Origin: an uncultured Eubacteriales bacterium
Lineage (GTDB): Bacteria; Acidobacteriota; Aminicenantia; Aminicenantales; Aminicenantaceae
Length of the DNA: 55,925 nt
Assembly: GCA_964557845.1 (NCBI GenBank)
Contig: CAZLBV010000033.1
Span: 1 to 55,925 of the forward strand
Direction: 5' to 3'
The notes under the pieces were generated by a model. It was not told the DNA's origin, did no database searches, and saw nothing but the letters and a program-made list of their open reading frames with translations. Position 1 is the stretch's first letter. Each line of letters begins with the position of its first letter. The position numbers and the translations under genes are program-made. Shown in pieces: positions 55,225 to 55,925 of the stretch.

Positions 55225-55925
55225 TCTGTGGTTCGGGCGATATTCCCAAACATCTACTCGTTGAAGCGGAAAAGCAGGGTTATGAGTGTGTAGCTGCCGC
55301 CATTCAGGGGGAACATGATGGTTTTTTGACCGATAGGATTGAAAGATTGGAATGGTTTGACATCGATAAAATACGTGAGATAGCGCTTTTTTTTAAAGAG
55401 AATAAAATAAAAGAGGCGTTTTTTGCCGGGAAGATAGATGTCAGGGTCTTGTTTACACAGAGAAAATTCGGGAAATTATCCCTGGATCTGCTCATGCGGG
55501 GAAAAGATTGGAGCCCAACCAGCATGATTAAAACCGCTATTGAGTATTTTGCGACACAGGGAATAGAGATTATAGACCCAACTCCCTTTTTGTCTGCATG
55601 TTTTTGCCGGGTAGGGGTATTGACAAAAAAATATCCCAACAAACAGGAAGAAGAGGATATCTCTTTTGGTTGGGAAAAAACAAGGATCTTGGCCGATCTG
55701 GACATTGGCCAGACTTTGATCGTAAAAAATAAAATAGTTGTAGCTGTAGAAGGGGCAGAAGGTACAAATGAAACGATACAAAGAGCGGGAGTGCTTACCA
55801 GTGGCGGGTTTGTTGTTATTAAAAGGACCCGGGCCCATCAGGATCCCCGCATCGATCTGCCGGGTGTTGGGCTGGAAACGGTCAAGCGGCTTATTCAGAG
55901 TGGAGGCGGAGTTTTGTGTTTTGAG
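55203..55925 (+). CDS. lpxI: UDP-2,3-diacylglucosamine pyrophosphatase LpxI (DUF1009 family); 3' end truncated by window edge
   Basis: This frame is absent from the ORF track because no stop is reached. ATG at 55203 gives MAKRIGMICGSGDIPKHLLVEAEKQGYECVAAAI...VVAVEGAEGTNETIQRAG...DPRIDLPGVGLETV, which matches my memory of LpxI/DUF1009. It overlaps the lpxA stop by 22 nt. Confidence 0.78.
   Translation, partial: MAKRIGMICGSGDIPKHLLVEAEKQGYECVAAAIQGEHDGFLTDRIERLEWFDIDKIREIALFFKENKIKEAFFAGKIDVRVLFTQRKFGKLSLDLLMRGKDWSPTSMIKTAIEYFATQGIEIIDPTPFLSACFCRVGVLTKKYPNKQEEEDISFGWEKTRILADLDIGQTLIVKNKIVVAVEGAEGTNETIQRAGVLTSGGFVVIKRTRAHQDPRIDLPGVGLETVKRLIQSGGGVLCFE

Overview
The window is gene-dense (about 90% coding), roughly 40% G+C, and carries mostly core genes of a diderm (outer-membrane) bacterium. 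From the gene content (S55 peptidase, MacB-type orphan permeases, an lpxI-type lipid A cluster) I would guess an uncultivated Acidobacteriota or Aminicenantes-like lineage, but I cannot verify that.

All calls below come from motifs I recognise in the supplied translations; no database search was possible.

**Recognisable content, left to right:**
- A GH29 fucosidase, truncated at the left edge.
- A pseudopilin-like, DUF350 and transglutaminase-like trio.
- rpoZ, then a CYTH protein, a polyprenyl synthase and tatD.
- A DUF885 protein, fabH, and a serine-palmitoyltransferase-like alpha-oxoamine synthase.
- An S55 peptidase paired with a beta-propeller protein.
- efp with a GHMP kinase.
- An MBL hydrolase, an amidohydrolase and a CaCA antiporter.
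- An alanine-dehydrogenase-like gene followed by a tightly coupled five-gene flavin/FeS oxidoreductase cluster (NuoE/F/G-like plus NfnA/B-like).
- A CoA-transferase, a short RNase HIII-like protein and AlaX-L.
- Two MacB-type permeases, then a PK_C-like protein, a beta-barrel outer-membrane protein and rluB.
- A four-gene TonB-dependent-receptor operon.
- A Lon-like protease, a GNAT-like protein and a crotonase.
- ribH-nusB-lysS, lolCE-lolD, and bamA-skp-fabZ-lpxA-lpxI (truncated at the right edge).

**Not found:** rRNA, tRNA, CRISPR arrays, transposases, integrases, prophage genes or any recognisable defence system.

**Most worth follow-up:**
1. The NuoEFG-like plus NfnAB-like cluster (22351-29677), whose formate-dehydrogenase-like subunit lacks the catalytic Sec/Cys-His.
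2. The TonB-receptor operon (37649-41822), which has three uncharacterised partners and a near-consensus promoter suggesting a leaderless transcript.
3. A 29-bp perfect direct repeat bracketing a G+C-rich, self-complementary non-coding core (1524-1832).
4. A 22-bp perfect inverted repeat that overlaps a stop codon (15717-15845).
5. Unusual low-complexity extensions in RpoZ and BamA, and a Lon-like protease with altered Walker motifs.

None of these can be shown to be novel from the sequence alone, and the window as a whole looks like ordinary chromosome.
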